Origin: an uncultured Arcobacteraceae bacterium
GTDB taxonomy: Bacteria; Campylobacterota; Campylobacteria; Campylobacterales; Arcobacteraceae
Direction of reading: 5' to 3'
Length of the DNA stretch: 64,000 nt
NCBI GenBank assembly: GCA_964022095.1
Contig: CAXHZO010000001.1
Location: 224,001-288,000 of the forward strand
Under the pieces are notes generated by a model. It was not told the DNA's origin. It ran no database searches and was given only the letters and a program-made list of their open reading frames with translations. This document shows, piece after piece, positions 1 to 10,581 of the stretch. The position numbers and the translations under genes are program-made. Each line of letters opens with the position of its first letter. Position 1 is the stretch's first letter.

Positions 1-894
<894 letters not shown>

Positions 895-946
895 TATACT
901 TCCTTTTTTTGTTTATAATTTATATATTCTAATTAAACTTAGAAAC

Positions 947-973
947 TTAGCACTCTAATTTTCTAAGTGCTAA
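947..973. promoter_or_regulatory. CIRCE element (HrcA operator)
   Basis: TTAGCACTC-N9-AAGTGCTAA, one mismatch to TTAGCACTC-N9-GAGTGCTAA, just downstream of the groES -10 box. Confidence 0.92.
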
Positions 974-1002
974 ATTTTATAAAATTTTTAATTAATTGTC
1001 AA
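974..1002 (-). promoter_or_regulatory. sigma70-type promoter of groESL
   Basis: Minus strand TTGACA (1002-997), 17 bp, TAAAAT (979-974). Confidence 0.75.
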
Positions 1003-1006
1003 GAGA

Positions 1007-1027
1007 TTTGAGTTAAATCGACTAAGA
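1007..1027. promoter_or_regulatory. HAIR-like site (possible HspR operator)
   Basis: TTTGAGT-N7-ACTAAGA versus consensus CTTGAGT-N7-ACTCAAG, just upstream of the groES -35. Confidence 0.45.
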
Positions 1028-1041
1028 GTATATCAAAAGTT

Positions 1042-1902
1042 TTATTTATGTCTATTAATGTACTTTAATAATAGTTCTTCTAAAGAGTTTTTTAGATTAT
1101 TATCTAGTGTATTTAATGTATCTTCACATTTTTTTGCTAATTTATCTGCACTTTTCATTGCACCATCTAGTCCAAGTAAATTTACAAATGAATTTTTCGC
1201 TTCATCATTTTGAGTAGTTTTACCAGCTTCTTCTTCACTTTGTGTTTCATCAATAATATCATCTTGAATTTGGAACAATAATCCTAGATCAATTCCAAAA
1301 TCATAAAGCTTATTTTGAGTATCTAAATCATACTCACTTATTATTGCACCCATTTTAAGGCTGGCTGCTATTAATCTTGCAGTTTTATGAATATGTAAAA
1401 ATTCTAATTGATTAAGCTCTAATCTTTGGTTTTCAAAGAAACAATCAATTGCTTGACCAATAATCATTCCATCAATTCCACCATTACTACTTAGACATTT
1501 AATTAGTTCAATTTTTATATCATTATGAAGTGATGCATTTGATATTAGATTAAAAGCTTCAGTATTTAAAGCATCTCCAACTAAGATTGCAGTTACTTCA
1601 TCATATTTTTTATGAATCGTTTTAAAACCTCTTCTTAAATCAGCATCATCCATTGAAGGCAAATCATCATGCACAAGAGAATAAGTATGTAAAAACTCTA
1701 TTCCTAAAGCTACAGACATTGCATTTGGTATCAATAATGATTTGTTTGATTTTATAACTGATAGTAAAAGCATAGGTCTAAATCTTTTTCCACCAGCTTT
1801 TAACATTTCACCCAAAGCTTCTTCAAAATATGGGTGAAAAGATTTAGATTTTGGTAAGTTATTTAATAAATAGTTTTCAAATTCTTCTAGTAGTTTTTTC
1901 AT
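1042..1902 (-). CDS. ispA: Farnesyl diphosphate synthase / geranyltranstransferase
   Basis: GGKRFRP, SLVHDDLPSMDDADLRRG, FQIQDDIID motifs. Confidence 0.92.
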   Translation of the reverse strand: MKKLLEEFENYLLNNLPKSKSFHPYFEEALGEMLKAGGKRFRPMLLLSVIKSNKSLLIPNAMSVALGIEFLHTYSLVHDDLPSMDDADLRRGFKTIHKKYDEVTAILVGDALNTEAFNLISNASLHNDIKIELIKCLSSNGGIDGMIIGQAIDCFFENQRLELNQLEFLHIHKTARLIAASLKMGAIISEYDLDTQNKLYDFGIDLGLLFQIQDDIIDETQSEEEAGKTTQNDEAKNSFVNLLGLDGAMKSADKLAKKCEDTLNTLDNNLKNSLEELLLKYINRHK

Positions 1903-1905
1903 TTA

Positions 1906-2226
1906 TTACTTTTGACCAAATGAACCAAGACCACCCATCATGTTCATTGCCATCATCTTTTTGTTTTCATCGCTTTGTTTTATCACGTCATTCATTGCTG
2001 AAATTAATAAAATCTGTAAAGAGTCTTTATCTTCTAAAAGAGAATCATCAATTTGTAAATCTACAACTTCTGAATTTCCATTAATAGAGATTTCTACCAT
2101 TCCACCACCAGCTTTAGAAGTAAATAGTTTACTTGAATTTTCTTCTTTCTGGTTTTCAGCCATCTCTTGAAATTGACCCATCATTTTATTTAAATCTAAA
2201 TTCTTTAAATCTATTCCATCAAACAT
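1906..2226 (-). CDS. YbaB/EbfC family nucleoid-associated protein
   Basis: [12 protein letters not shown]...[14 protein letters not shown] at 2226 preceded by GGAG, preferred over the track start 2232. Confidence 0.9.
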   Translation of the reverse strand: MFDGIDLKNLDLNKMMGQFQEMAENQKEENSSKLFTSKAGGGMVEISINGNSEVVDLQIDDSLLEDKDSLQILLISAMNDVIKQSDENKKMMAMNMMGGLGSFGQK

Positions 2227-2602
2227 GATCACTCCCTACTAATTCATTTGTGATTAAATCTATATTGTTTTTATCGTCAACTAATACTACTGTTGGTTTA
2301 TAATCTTCAAGTTCAGATTCATCATATGAAGCATATGAGATAACAATGATCTTATCACCTATCTCAACTTTTCTAGCAGCAGCACCATTTAGACACATAT
2401 CTTTTGTTCCAGGTTCACCTTTGATAACATATGTTTGGAATCTCTCACCATTATTAATATTTACAATATCAACTTTTTGTCCTACTCTTAAATTTGCAGC
2501 TTGCATAAGCTCATAATCAATCGTTATTGATCCTACATAATTAAGATTTGCATCTGTTACTGTTGCTCTATGAATTTTGCTATATAGCATATCAAATGTC
2601 AT
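2219..2602 (-). CDS. panD: Aspartate 1-decarboxylase
   Basis: [19 protein letters not shown] (G-S autocleavage site), LNGAAAR. Confidence 0.97.
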   Translation of the reverse strand: MTFDMLYSKIHRATVTDANLNYVGSITIDYELMQAANLRVGQKVDIVNINNGERFQTYVIKGEPGTKDMCLNGAAARKVEIGDKIIVISYASYDESELEDYKPTVVLVDDKNNIDLITNELVGSDHV

Positions 2603-2619
2603 ATACTTAAGTCCTTTTT

Positions 2620-2982
2620 TTAACTTCCTAAATTAACCGGTTCTCCCCAGTATTGTGAAGGCATTAAATACTCTTCTACTGGGTTTCCACCTAATATATG
2701 TTCTTCTACAATCTTATCTATTTTATCCTTAGATAATTGAGCATACATATAATGTCCTGGTTCTACTAACATTACTGGACCCATCTGACATCTACCTAAA
2801 CAAGAAGTTCTAACTACTTGTACAGGTCCCATTAATCCTTTTTGCATCAATGATTGCGCTGTGTGATTAAATAAATCTCTTGTCTGCTCACTTACACATG
2901 AGGGCTTTGGCATTCCAGGAGGAGATGCTTGCTCACATTTAAATATATAAAATGTTGGCTGAGGGATTGATGGCATATCCAT
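2620..2982 (-). CDS. Thioredoxin-like [2Fe-2S] ferredoxin
   Basis: C...C...SCLGRC.MGP.MLVEP...[11 protein letters not shown] pattern. Confidence 0.85.
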   Translation of the reverse strand: MDMPSIPQPTFYIFKCEQASPPGMPKPSCVSEQTRDLFNHTAQSLMQKGLMGPVQVVRTSCLGRCQMGPVMLVEPGHYMYAQLSKDKIDKIVEEHILGGNPVEEYLMPSQYWGEPVNLGS

Positions 2983-3128
2983 TATAAGTCCTTTTTTTAA
3001 CCATTCTTAATAAAAATCTTTGAATTTTAACACTTTTTTTTTAAACTTTACTAAAAAAGATTTTTTAATTTATTTTTAAACCTATTATACTATACTTTTT
3101 GCACTATATTTAAATTAAAAGGTAAGAA

Positions 3129-3662
3129 ATGAAAAAGATTTTGTTTTTTATTTGTACTTTTATGTTACTTTTAGAAGCTTCAAATCCTATAGCAGTAATG
3201 AAAACTACAAAGGGTTCTATTGAAATAGAACTTAGACCAGATATGGCTCCAAAAGCTGTAGAAAACTTTATCACACATTCAAAAAATGGATACTATGATG
3301 GATTAATTTTCCATAGAATAATAAAAGACTTTATGCTACAAGGTGGAGACCCTACAGGAACAGGTAGAGGTGGTGAATCAATTTGGGGTGAACCATTTGA
3401 AGATGAGTTCTCACCTAATGCAGTATTTGATAAACCAGGAATCCTTGCAATGGCAAACTCTGGACGAAACACAAATGGTAGTCAATTTTTTATTACTACA
3501 GTTGCAACATATTGGTTAAATGGTAGACATACAATTTTTGGATATGTTAAAAATGGAATGGATACAGTTAAATCTTTAGAAAATGTACCTACATCAGGAA
3601 GATATGGTGGAGATAAACCATTAGCTGAACAAAAGATTTTATCAATAACTATAAAAGAGTAA
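3129..3662 (+). CDS. Cyclophilin-type peptidyl-prolyl isomerase with signal peptide
   Basis: FHRIIKDFMLQGGDPTGTGRGG, LAMANSGRNTNGSQFFIT. Confidence 0.95.
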   Translation: MKKILFFICTFMLLLEASNPIAVMKTTKGSIEIELRPDMAPKAVENFITHSKNGYYDGLIFHRIIKDFMLQGGDPTGTGRGGESIWGEPFEDEFSPNAVFDKPGILAMANSGRNTNGSQFFITTVATYWLNGRHTIFGYVKNGMDTVKSLENVPTSGRYGGDKPLAEQKILSITIKE

Positions 3663-3673
3663 TCATTTTTTGA

Positions 3674-5023
3674 TTACTCGAAAATCTTTCCTAAAAACTT
3701 TTCATCTGCAACATTAATAATCTTCTTTTCTAAACTTTCTAATTTTTTAGATTCTTCTATAGCTTTTTCTTTCCAGTAAGAAAGTTTTTCTACAAGTACT
3801 TCATCATTTTGTAAAGTATCAAGTTTTTCATTTAATTTTTCAATTGTATCTTTGTATTCATTTTCAATTAGTTCATGTTGTAATTCAATATTTAAAATCT
3901 CTTTTTCATTTACTTCTCTTAAATAATTAATTTTTTCATTTAATCTTTTAACTTGTATTTTTAAATCTGAATTCTTTTTTGTTAGTTTAAAACTATTTGT
4001 ATGTGTTTCATGTTTTTTAAATAAGCCTAATTCTAGTTTTAAATTCTTAATTTCAATTTGACTTTTTTGGGCATTATGCATATATTTATCAATACTATTT
4101 AAAGCTTTATTTAGATCTTCTTGAGCTTTTTTTAGTTGTGAAGTTAAGTCATTTATTTTTAAAGTCAGTTCCAAACTACCTTCTTGACTTCTTTTAAAAA
4201 TATCACTTTTATCCCGCATTAAAGCAAGTTGTATCTCTCTTTTTTTATTTTGTTCTTCAGTTATATCTTTTTGAATAGAGATTGTTCCTACAATTTGTTT
4301 GTTATCATCTACTTGAGTTATCATATAACAATCAGTTGTATAAGAGCCTCCATTGTTTTTTATATTTTTTAAAGTTCCACTCCAAGGCACATTATTTAAT
4401 ACATCAGCATATAAAGAAATATAAATATCATCAGACATATCTTTATGTTTTAAATCTTTGAAATCTTTACCTATAAGCTCATCTTTTGAATATCCAGATA
4501 TTTTACAAAATAGCTCATTTACATAAGTGATTTTCATTTTCTTATCAGTTTTGATTACTATATTTGTTGAGTCAATAACCTCTTTAAATTTACTAAGCTC
4601 TTTAATATTTAAATCTAATAAAGTACTTTGATAAAGCGTTTTTGCTATTTTTGAAACTTTTTCTATTAAGACTCTAATATCAACTGGTTTGATAATATAT
4701 TCATCAATTTTAAGCTTTATTGCCTCTAATAAAAACTCATTATCTGAAAATGCTGTAGTTAATATTACGGGGATATCTTTATTTGTTTTTCTAACTTCTT
4801 TAATCATATCTATACCGTTTAATGAGGGCATATTAATATCAGAGATTATGATATCGATCTCTTCACTAAAAAAAAGATCTAATCCTTCAAGGCCATCTTT
4901 TGCGATATATACATTATTAAAAAAGTTTAGTAAAAGTTTTGATAGTTCTGTTCTTACTACATTATCATCTTCGACATATAGCAAGTTGATTTTTTTAAGA
5001 ATCTCTTTGTTACTAGTTTTCAT
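3674..5023 (-). CDS. Response regulator: REC, PAS, long coiled-coil tail
   Basis: LLYVEDD...IISDINMP receiver; YVNELFCKISGYS PAS; K/E/L-rich C-terminus without a kinase H-box. Confidence 0.8.
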   Translation of the reverse strand: MKTSNKEILKKINLLYVEDDNVVRTELSKLLLNFFNNVYIAKDGLEGLDLFFSEEIDIIISDINMPSLNGIDMIKEVRKTNKDIPVILTTAFSDNEFLLEAIKLKIDEYIIKPVDIRVLIEKVSKIAKTLYQSTLLDLNIKELSKFKEVIDSTNIVIKTDKKMKITYVNELFCKISGYSKDELIGKDFKDLKHKDMSDDIYISLYADVLNNVPWSGTLKNIKNNGGSYTTDCYMITQVDDNKQIVGTISIQKDITEEQNKKREIQLALMRDKSDIFKRSQEGSLELTLKINDLTSQLKKAQEDLNKALNSIDKYMHNAQKSQIEIKNLKLELGLFKKHETHTNSFKLTKKNSDLKIQVKRLNEKINYLREVNEKEILNIELQHELIENEYKDTIEKLNEKLDTLQNDEVLVEKLSYWKEKAIEESKKLESLEKKIINVADEKFLGKIFE

Positions 5024-5029
5024 AAAAAA

Positions 5030-5419
5030 CTACTTGATTTTCATATTAACAATGATATCTATAAAATTAATAAAATCAAAAGGTTTAAGTAAATATTCAG
5101 CTACTCCATACTCTTTTGCTCTTTGAATATACTCTTCTTCTGTATGAGCAGACATAATTATAGTAGGTAATTGTTTACCTTCTTCATTTAACTTTTTAAT
5201 CATCTCTAAGCCATTCATGTGAGGCATATTAATGTCAGTTATTAAAGCATCGATATCTGGATTTTCATCTAAAACTTTAAGTGCTTCAACACCATTTGAT
5301 GCAGTTAAATAATTTATTTCTAATTTAGATAGTGCGTCGCAGATAATATTAAGTAATTCCTCTTCATCCTCTACAAACAATAATTTTAATTTTCTTAACT
5401 GCTCAATCTTCTCTTGCAT
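5030..5419 (-). CDS. Single-domain response regulator
   Basis: LLFVEDE...ITDINMPHMNG...LLKP. Confidence 0.9.
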   Translation of the reverse strand: MQEKIEQLRKLKLLFVEDEEELLNIICDALSKLEINYLTASNGVEALKVLDENPDIDALITDINMPHMNGLEMIKKLNEEGKQLPTIIMSAHTEEEYIQRAKEYGVAEYLLKPFDFINFIDIIVNMKIK

Positions 5420-5423
5420 TTTC

Positions 5424-5906
5424 CTACCTATCTAATAGTTCTTCTTTTGCTACTACTTTTTCGATGTCCATTACAACTAACATTTCATTATTATCTAACC
5501 TAACAAAACCTTTTAGGTATTTAGCAGGAATTGCTGAACCCATTTCTGAAACAGGAGCTAAGTTACTTGTATCTAATCTTTGTACATCATCTACTAAATC
5601 AACAACTACTCCTAGCATTCTGCTATCTTCTGTAATTACTGCAATTACTGATGTATTTTCATTATAAATAGCAGGTCCAGTTTTAAATTTAGTTCTTATA
5701 TCTAAAATTGGTACTACTTCACCTCTTAGATTGATTAGCCCTTTTACCCATTGTGATGTGTTAGGCAAAGTTGTAATGTTGTCAGGGTATGTCAAGATTT
5801 CTCTAATTTTAGGTAATTCAATTGCATACTTCATAGCACCTAATTCAAAAGTCATATATTCACTTGTATTAGCCCAGTCAATTACTTGTTCTTCGTTATT
5901 TTCCAT
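5424..5906 (-). CDS. cheW: Chemotaxis adaptor CheW
   Basis: WVKGLINLRGEVVPILD...GVVVDLVDDV. Confidence 0.92.
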   Translation of the reverse strand: MENNEEQVIDWANTSEYMTFELGAMKYAIELPKIREILTYPDNITTLPNTSQWVKGLINLRGEVVPILDIRTKFKTGPAIYNENTSVIAVITEDSRMLGVVVDLVDDVQRLDTSNLAPVSEMGSAIPAKYLKGFVRLDNNEMLVVMDIEKVVAKEELLDR

Positions 5907-5998
5907 AGAGTTTTCCTTTTAGCTTATACCAAAATTTATTTTTACGGTTCAACTTTTTTTGTAAACTTGTATTATTTTACCTTTTGTAAACTTAAAAT

Positions 5999-7252
5999 TT
6001 ATTGTTTTTTTAGATTATTTACAAGGCAAGTAGCAATATATTTTGGAGTTTGAAGTTCTATTTCATCACCAATACTAATTGTTTCCAAAGAAATTATTTT
6101 ATTTTCTTTGGAAATTTGGACAAATCCATTTTTGTCTTTTTTATCAGGATGATTCATTTGATAATTTGATTTTAATAAATCAATTTGAGATTGTGACTTA
6201 TTTAAAATAGAAGAAATTGAGTTTTTATAACTTGTATTATATAAATTTAATTCATTTTGAGAACTGTTAATTTTCTGTAATAAATCAGTTTTAAAAGATG
6301 ATTTTAACATCTTAATTTCAGATTGAATATATTCAAATTTACTTTCAATTGAGTTTTGAACAAACAATCTTCTTAGATTTTCTACTTCTTGCTGTTTAGA
6401 TAAGATTATATTTTTAAATCTATTTTGATACTCAGTTGAAACTGAATCTAAATACATTCTATGTTCATTTATATCTGGAAGTGCAATTTCAACTGCATTT
6501 GATGGAGTAGCTGCTCTAATATCTGCTACAAAGTCGCTTATTAAGTAATCAACTTCATGTCCCACTGCTGAAATAATTGGAGTAGTTGCTTCATAAATTG
6601 CATTTGCAACAATCTCTTCATTAAAAGCCCAAAGATCTTCAATACTTCCCCCGCCTCGGCCTACTATCATGACATCACAATTTAGTTTATCTGCATATCT
6701 TATAGAGTTTGAAATATCAAAAGCTGAACCTTCTCCTTGCACTAATGTTGGAATTAAAATAAACTCCACTAATGGCCATCTATGATGAGCTACTTTTTTC
6801 ATATCTTCAATAGCAGCACCTGTTGAAGAAGTAACTAAAGCAATTTTTTTAGGATATTTTGGAAGTTGTTTTTTTATTTCAGGATTAAAGTATCCTTTAG
6901 AATCAAGTTTTTCTTTTAATTGTTCAAAAGCAAGGGCTAATGCTCCTTTTCCTGATGGCTCAATTTTATTACATAGAAGTTGATAATTTCCCCTTGGTGC
7001 ATAAACTGTAATATTTCCAGTAATTACAATTTTTTGTCCTACTTCAAGTTGAAATTTCAAATACTTTGCATTACCTCTAAACATTACACATGAGATTGTA
7101 GAGTTTTGATCTTTTATTGAAAAATAAATATGACCTGAATTGTGATAAGTTAAATTTGAAACTTCACCTTCAACATAAACTTGAATAAAAGTAGTTTCTA
7201 AAAGTGATTTTATTTGTGTATTTAATGTAGTTACACTTAATGGTGAATTCAA
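5999..7252 (-). CDS. xseA: Exodeoxyribonuclease VII large subunit
   Basis: VEGEVSN...SGHIYFSIKD, GRGGGSIEDLWAFN, GHEVD, ATPS; TTG start. Confidence 0.96.
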   Translation of the reverse strand: MNSPLSVTTLNTQIKSLLETTFIQVYVEGEVSNLTYHNSGHIYFSIKDQNSTISCVMFRGNAKYLKFQLEVGQKIVITGNITVYAPRGNYQLLCNKIEPSGKGALALAFEQLKEKLDSKGYFNPEIKKQLPKYPKKIALVTSSTGAAIEDMKKVAHHRWPLVEFILIPTLVQGEGSAFDISNSIRYADKLNCDVMIVGRGGGSIEDLWAFNEEIVANAIYEATTPIISAVGHEVDYLISDFVADIRAATPSNAVEIALPDINEHRMYLDSVSTEYQNRFKNIILSKQQEVENLRRLFVQNSIESKFEYIQSEIKMLKSSFKTDLLQKINSSQNELNLYNTSYKNSISSILNKSQSQIDLLKSNYQMNHPDKKDKNGFVQISKENKIISLETISIGDEIELQTPKYIATCLVNNLKKQ

Positions 7253-7277
7253 AATTGTTTCCTAAAAAGCAAGAAAA

Positions 7278-7988
7278 TTATATTTTTCTTGCAATTATTA
7301 GTGTAGAGATATTCATAGAAAATGCTTTTACATGAACTGGTTCAAGGCCTGCATTTTTAAGTTCACTACATAAGTTTTCAGTTGTTAAAAACTCATCAAT
7401 AGAGTTTGGAAGATACGTATATGCTTCTTTATTTTTTGAAATCATCCCACCTAATGTAGGAAGAATTTTATTCATATAAAAATCAGTTACATGATCTAGT
7501 AACTTCTCTTTTTTATTTTTTGTAAACTCATTAATTACTACAAGTCCATCTTTTTTTAAAACCCTTGCAAACTCATGAAAGGCCTCTTGTCTTTGAACAA
7601 CATTTCTAATACCATAAGAAATAGATATTACATCAGAGCTATCACTATCAAGAGGCATATCTGCAGCTCCTGCTTCAATAAATTTAACATGAGGAAGTTT
7701 TTTCTTCCCAACATCCATCATCCCAACACTTGGATCAACTCCAACAATGTTATTTAATTTAATACTATTTTCTTTTGCAACTTTTTCCCAGTAAATAATC
7801 ATATCACCAGTACCACAAGCAACATCAACAATTTTTTCTATATCTTTTTTTCCATATAGTTCAAATGCTTTGTTACAAGCTTTATTTCTCCATGATTTAT
7901 CAATACCCATTGATAAAACTCTATTTGCTACATCATATGTTCCTGCAATATCATTGAACATTGATACTATTTTTTCTTGTTTACCCAT
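7278..7988 (-). CDS. ubiE: Demethylmenaquinone methyltransferase UbiE/MenG
   Basis: MFNDIAGTYDVANRVLSMGID..WR, DVACGTGD, YGIRNV. Confidence 0.93.
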   Translation of the reverse strand: MGKQEKIVSMFNDIAGTYDVANRVLSMGIDKSWRNKACNKAFELYGKKDIEKIVDVACGTGDMIIYWEKVAKENSIKLNNIVGVDPSVGMMDVGKKKLPHVKFIEAGAADMPLDSDSSDVISISYGIRNVVQRQEAFHEFARVLKKDGLVVINEFTKNKKEKLLDHVTDFYMNKILPTLGGMISKNKEAYTYLPNSIDEFLTTENLCSELKNAGLEPVHVKAFSMNISTLIIARKI

Positions 7989-8005
7989 TTAATTTCATTC
8001 CTAAA

Positions 8006-8254
8006 TTATAAAAAATATTTACCTATTAATAAACCTAAAATAAAACCTATATTAACAGCAACAGCGATTGCCATATAAGAAACTTTTTTATTTGCTTCTG
8101 GGATTTTATAAATTAAATCTTCTTGATGTCGTAAAGTCTCTTCAAAATTCTTTGTTGACTTTTCAACATTATTTACTACTTTTTTCAGTGCAATTTCTGA
8201 AAATTCCATTCGTTCAACAAGCTCTTTTGCTTGCTTAAAACTCATATCACTCAT
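8006..8254 (-). CDS. Small coiled-coil protein with C-terminal transmembrane helix
   Basis: 82 aa; hydrophobic C-terminus AIAVAVNIGFILGLLIG; ATGA overlap with the upstream ATPase. Confidence 0.75.
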   Translation of the reverse strand: MSDMSFKQAKELVERMEFSEIALKKVVNNVEKSTKNFEETLRHQEDLIYKIPEANKKVSYMAIAVAVNIGFILGLLIGKYFL

Positions 8255-9045
8255 TTTTTAATTTCAATCCACTTGTCTAAATCACAAAAAATTCTATTAA
8301 GTGTATTAATCACATAATCTTTTGCTTCAGTTTGAATTCTTCTAAAGAAAAGATATTTTCTAGCACTTTCAATATCACCAAGTTCTTTTGCCCTCATAGC
8401 TTTTGCAGCAAAATCACTATTATTATAAGCCATTTCCCAAACTGTACTTCCTAAGTATCTACTCATAGTAATTACTTTGTCATTTTTAACTGGAAAATAT
8501 TTTGGATTTTTAACAAAATCACAAATTACCGAGTTTGAATCTAAGTATTTATGTCCAAAGAAATTAATAAATTGTTCTTTATAATAATCCTCTTCCATAG
8601 AGATCGATCTATTTAATGCAAATATCATATTCTCTTGAGGATTTTTTTCAATTTTTTTAATTTTTTTCATTGTTGCAATTGCATTTTTTCCATCAAGTTC
8701 ACCGTCACCTAAAGGAATAATCCATTTTACATTTCCAAATGAACCTACTTTCTTAATCTCATCAAGTACAAGTGATGATGTTTTATTTCCACCAACATCA
8801 ACAATAACTTCATGATTATCATCCATTAAGATTAATTCATCAAGTTCGTTTAACCTGTTAGTTCCTAACATTCTTTTATTACAAATTTCTGTTCTAGTAA
8901 AAGATTGAGAATCATTGTTTTCATCATCAATTTCAATATATGTAACTTTTTTCCCATGTTTTTTATACAAGTATGGAGCAATAACTTGCATAGCAACTGT
9001 AGATTTACCTACACCACCTTTTGTCTGTGGAATTATAATCATCAA
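8251..9045 (-). CDS. ParA/MinD-superfamily P-loop ATPase, divergent
   Basis: Deviant Walker A KGGVGKST; IEIDDEN; Walker B VIVDVGG. Confidence 0.8.
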   Translation of the reverse strand: MMIIIPQTKGGVGKSTVAMQVIAPYLYKKHGKKVTYIEIDDENNDSQSFTRTEICNKRMLGTNRLNELDELILMDDNHEVIVDVGGNKTSSLVLDEIKKVGSFGNVKWIIPLGDGELDGKNAIATMKKIKKIEKNPQENMIFALNRSISMEEDYYKEQFINFFGHKYLDSNSVICDFVKNPKYFPVKNDKVITMSRYLGSTVWEMAYNNSDFAAKAMRAKELGDIESARKYLFFRRIQTEAKDYVINTLNRIFCDLDKWIEIKK

Positions 9046-9690
9046 TTAGCCCTTTGGATTTTGTTTCATAAACTCAACAATTTTGCCGTGAAATCTGCAA
9101 TAAAGCTTATTTAGAGAGATTTCATAACCATATAGTTTGGATATTTTATCGTAATTTTCATTAATTCCATATACTATCCATGTCTGTATATCGTCATATG
9201 AATCAAACTCATATCCAAATCTACTCAATAGTTTTGCGGTATATTTATCAACAACCATATACTCTTGTTTGCATCCATAACACAAAATTGCATCTGCTGT
9301 TTCAGGACCAATTCCTTTTTGATTTAAAAGCCAATTTCTTGAGACATTTTTACAAAAGTTTTCAAAATCATAAAACTCTTCAATTATGTTTTTACAAATT
9401 TGTTTTATTCTACTAGCTTTTTGATTTTTAAAGCCACTTGGAGTAATAGCTTGAATTAGTATGCCAATATCTATTTCAATTAGTTTTTCTAAAGATAGAA
9501 GATTTAACTTTCTTAGATTTTCTAATGATTTTTCTACATTTACCCATTTTGTATTTTGAGTTAAAATTGCACCTAAAAATATTTCAAAATCACAATTATT
9601 TGGCCACCAAAACTCTGGTGTTTCCTCAATAAGATTTTGCTCTTTTAAAAACGTTAATAGCTCAAAAGAGTTAGAAATATTACTCAACAA
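9046..9690 (-). CDS. HhH-GPD family DNA glycosylase (3-methyladenine glycosylase MagIII-like)
   Basis: GAILTQNTKWVNVEK, KGIGPETADAIL, VVDKYT. Confidence 0.85.
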   Translation of the reverse strand: MLSNISNSFELLTFLKEQNLIEETPEFWWPNNCDFEIFLGAILTQNTKWVNVEKSLENLRKLNLLSLEKLIEIDIGILIQAITPSGFKNQKASRIKQICKNIIEEFYDFENFCKNVSRNWLLNQKGIGPETADAILCYGCKQEYMVVDKYTAKLLSRFGYEFDSYDDIQTWIVYGINENYDKISKLYGYEISLNKLYCRFHGKIVEFMKQNPKG

Positions 9691-10504
9691 AAGCCTCTGT
9701 GATTATATGTTCTGCTTTGTTACAATATTTTTTTATCTTAAAAGCATTTGTTGCTTTTCCCTCAGTTATATCTACAACCATCATTTGTAAAATTGATTTA
9801 CAATTATTTGGTACTTCAAAATGTCCACCAATTCCAGTTGTTGCTTTTTGAATAGGAATTTTTCCATCCATTCCAATAACATTATCTCTACAACCAGTTA
9901 ATCCAATATCAGTTAAATATGCAGTGTTTTCAAAGATTTGTAAATCATCAGTACTTACATGAGTATGTGTTCCACAAATAGCACTTACTTGATTTTTAAA
10001 CATCATTAACATAACTCTTTTTTCACTTGTAGCTTCACCATGAAAATCTATAAAGATATTTTTAACATCCTCTTCATGAAGTTTTGCAACAACTTTTTTA
10101 GCCCAGTTAAATGGATTTTCAACTGTAGGCATAGAAAACTGTCCCATCAAGTTTACAATGGCAAGTTTTTCTACACTATCGCCACTAGTTACCTCAGCGA
10201 TTTTCACTCCACTTCCAACTAATCCTTCTGGATAATTATCAGGTCTTAAAACATTTGAATTTTCAAGTAAAACCATCATGTCTTTTTTCTTATCAAAGCT
10301 ATGATTTCCACCAGTTATTACATCAATACCCATTTTAAATAAATCAGAACTATTTGTAATTGTTAATCCGAATCCATGGCTTGCATTTTCAGCATTTGCT
10401 ATTACAAAATCAATATTGTATTGTTCTTTTATTTTTGATAAATTATCTTTTATGATTTTTCGGCCTGGTCGACCAACGATGTCACCAATGAATGCTATTC
10501 TCAA
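9680..10504 (-). CDS. YmdB/TIGR00282 family metallophosphoesterase
   Basis: FIGDIVGRPGR, ANAENASHG, TGGNH, DFHGEATSEK, GTHTHV. Confidence 0.93.
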   Translation of the reverse strand: MRIAFIGDIVGRPGRKIIKDNLSKIKEQYNIDFVIANAENASHGFGLTITNSSDLFKMGIDVITGGNHSFDKKKDMMVLLENSNVLRPDNYPEGLVGSGVKIAEVTSGDSVEKLAIVNLMGQFSMPTVENPFNWAKKVVAKLHEEDVKNIFIDFHGEATSEKRVMLMMFKNQVSAICGTHTHVSTDDLQIFENTAYLTDIGLTGCRDNVIGMDGKIPIQKATTGIGGHFEVPNNCKSILQMMVVDITEGKATNAFKIKKYCNKAEHIITEAFVE

Positions 10505-10581
10505 TAGTTGTCCTTAAAAAATGCCCTTTAAAAAATAAGGACTTAAATATTTTGGAATTTTAGCAGTTGTATGGTTATGAC

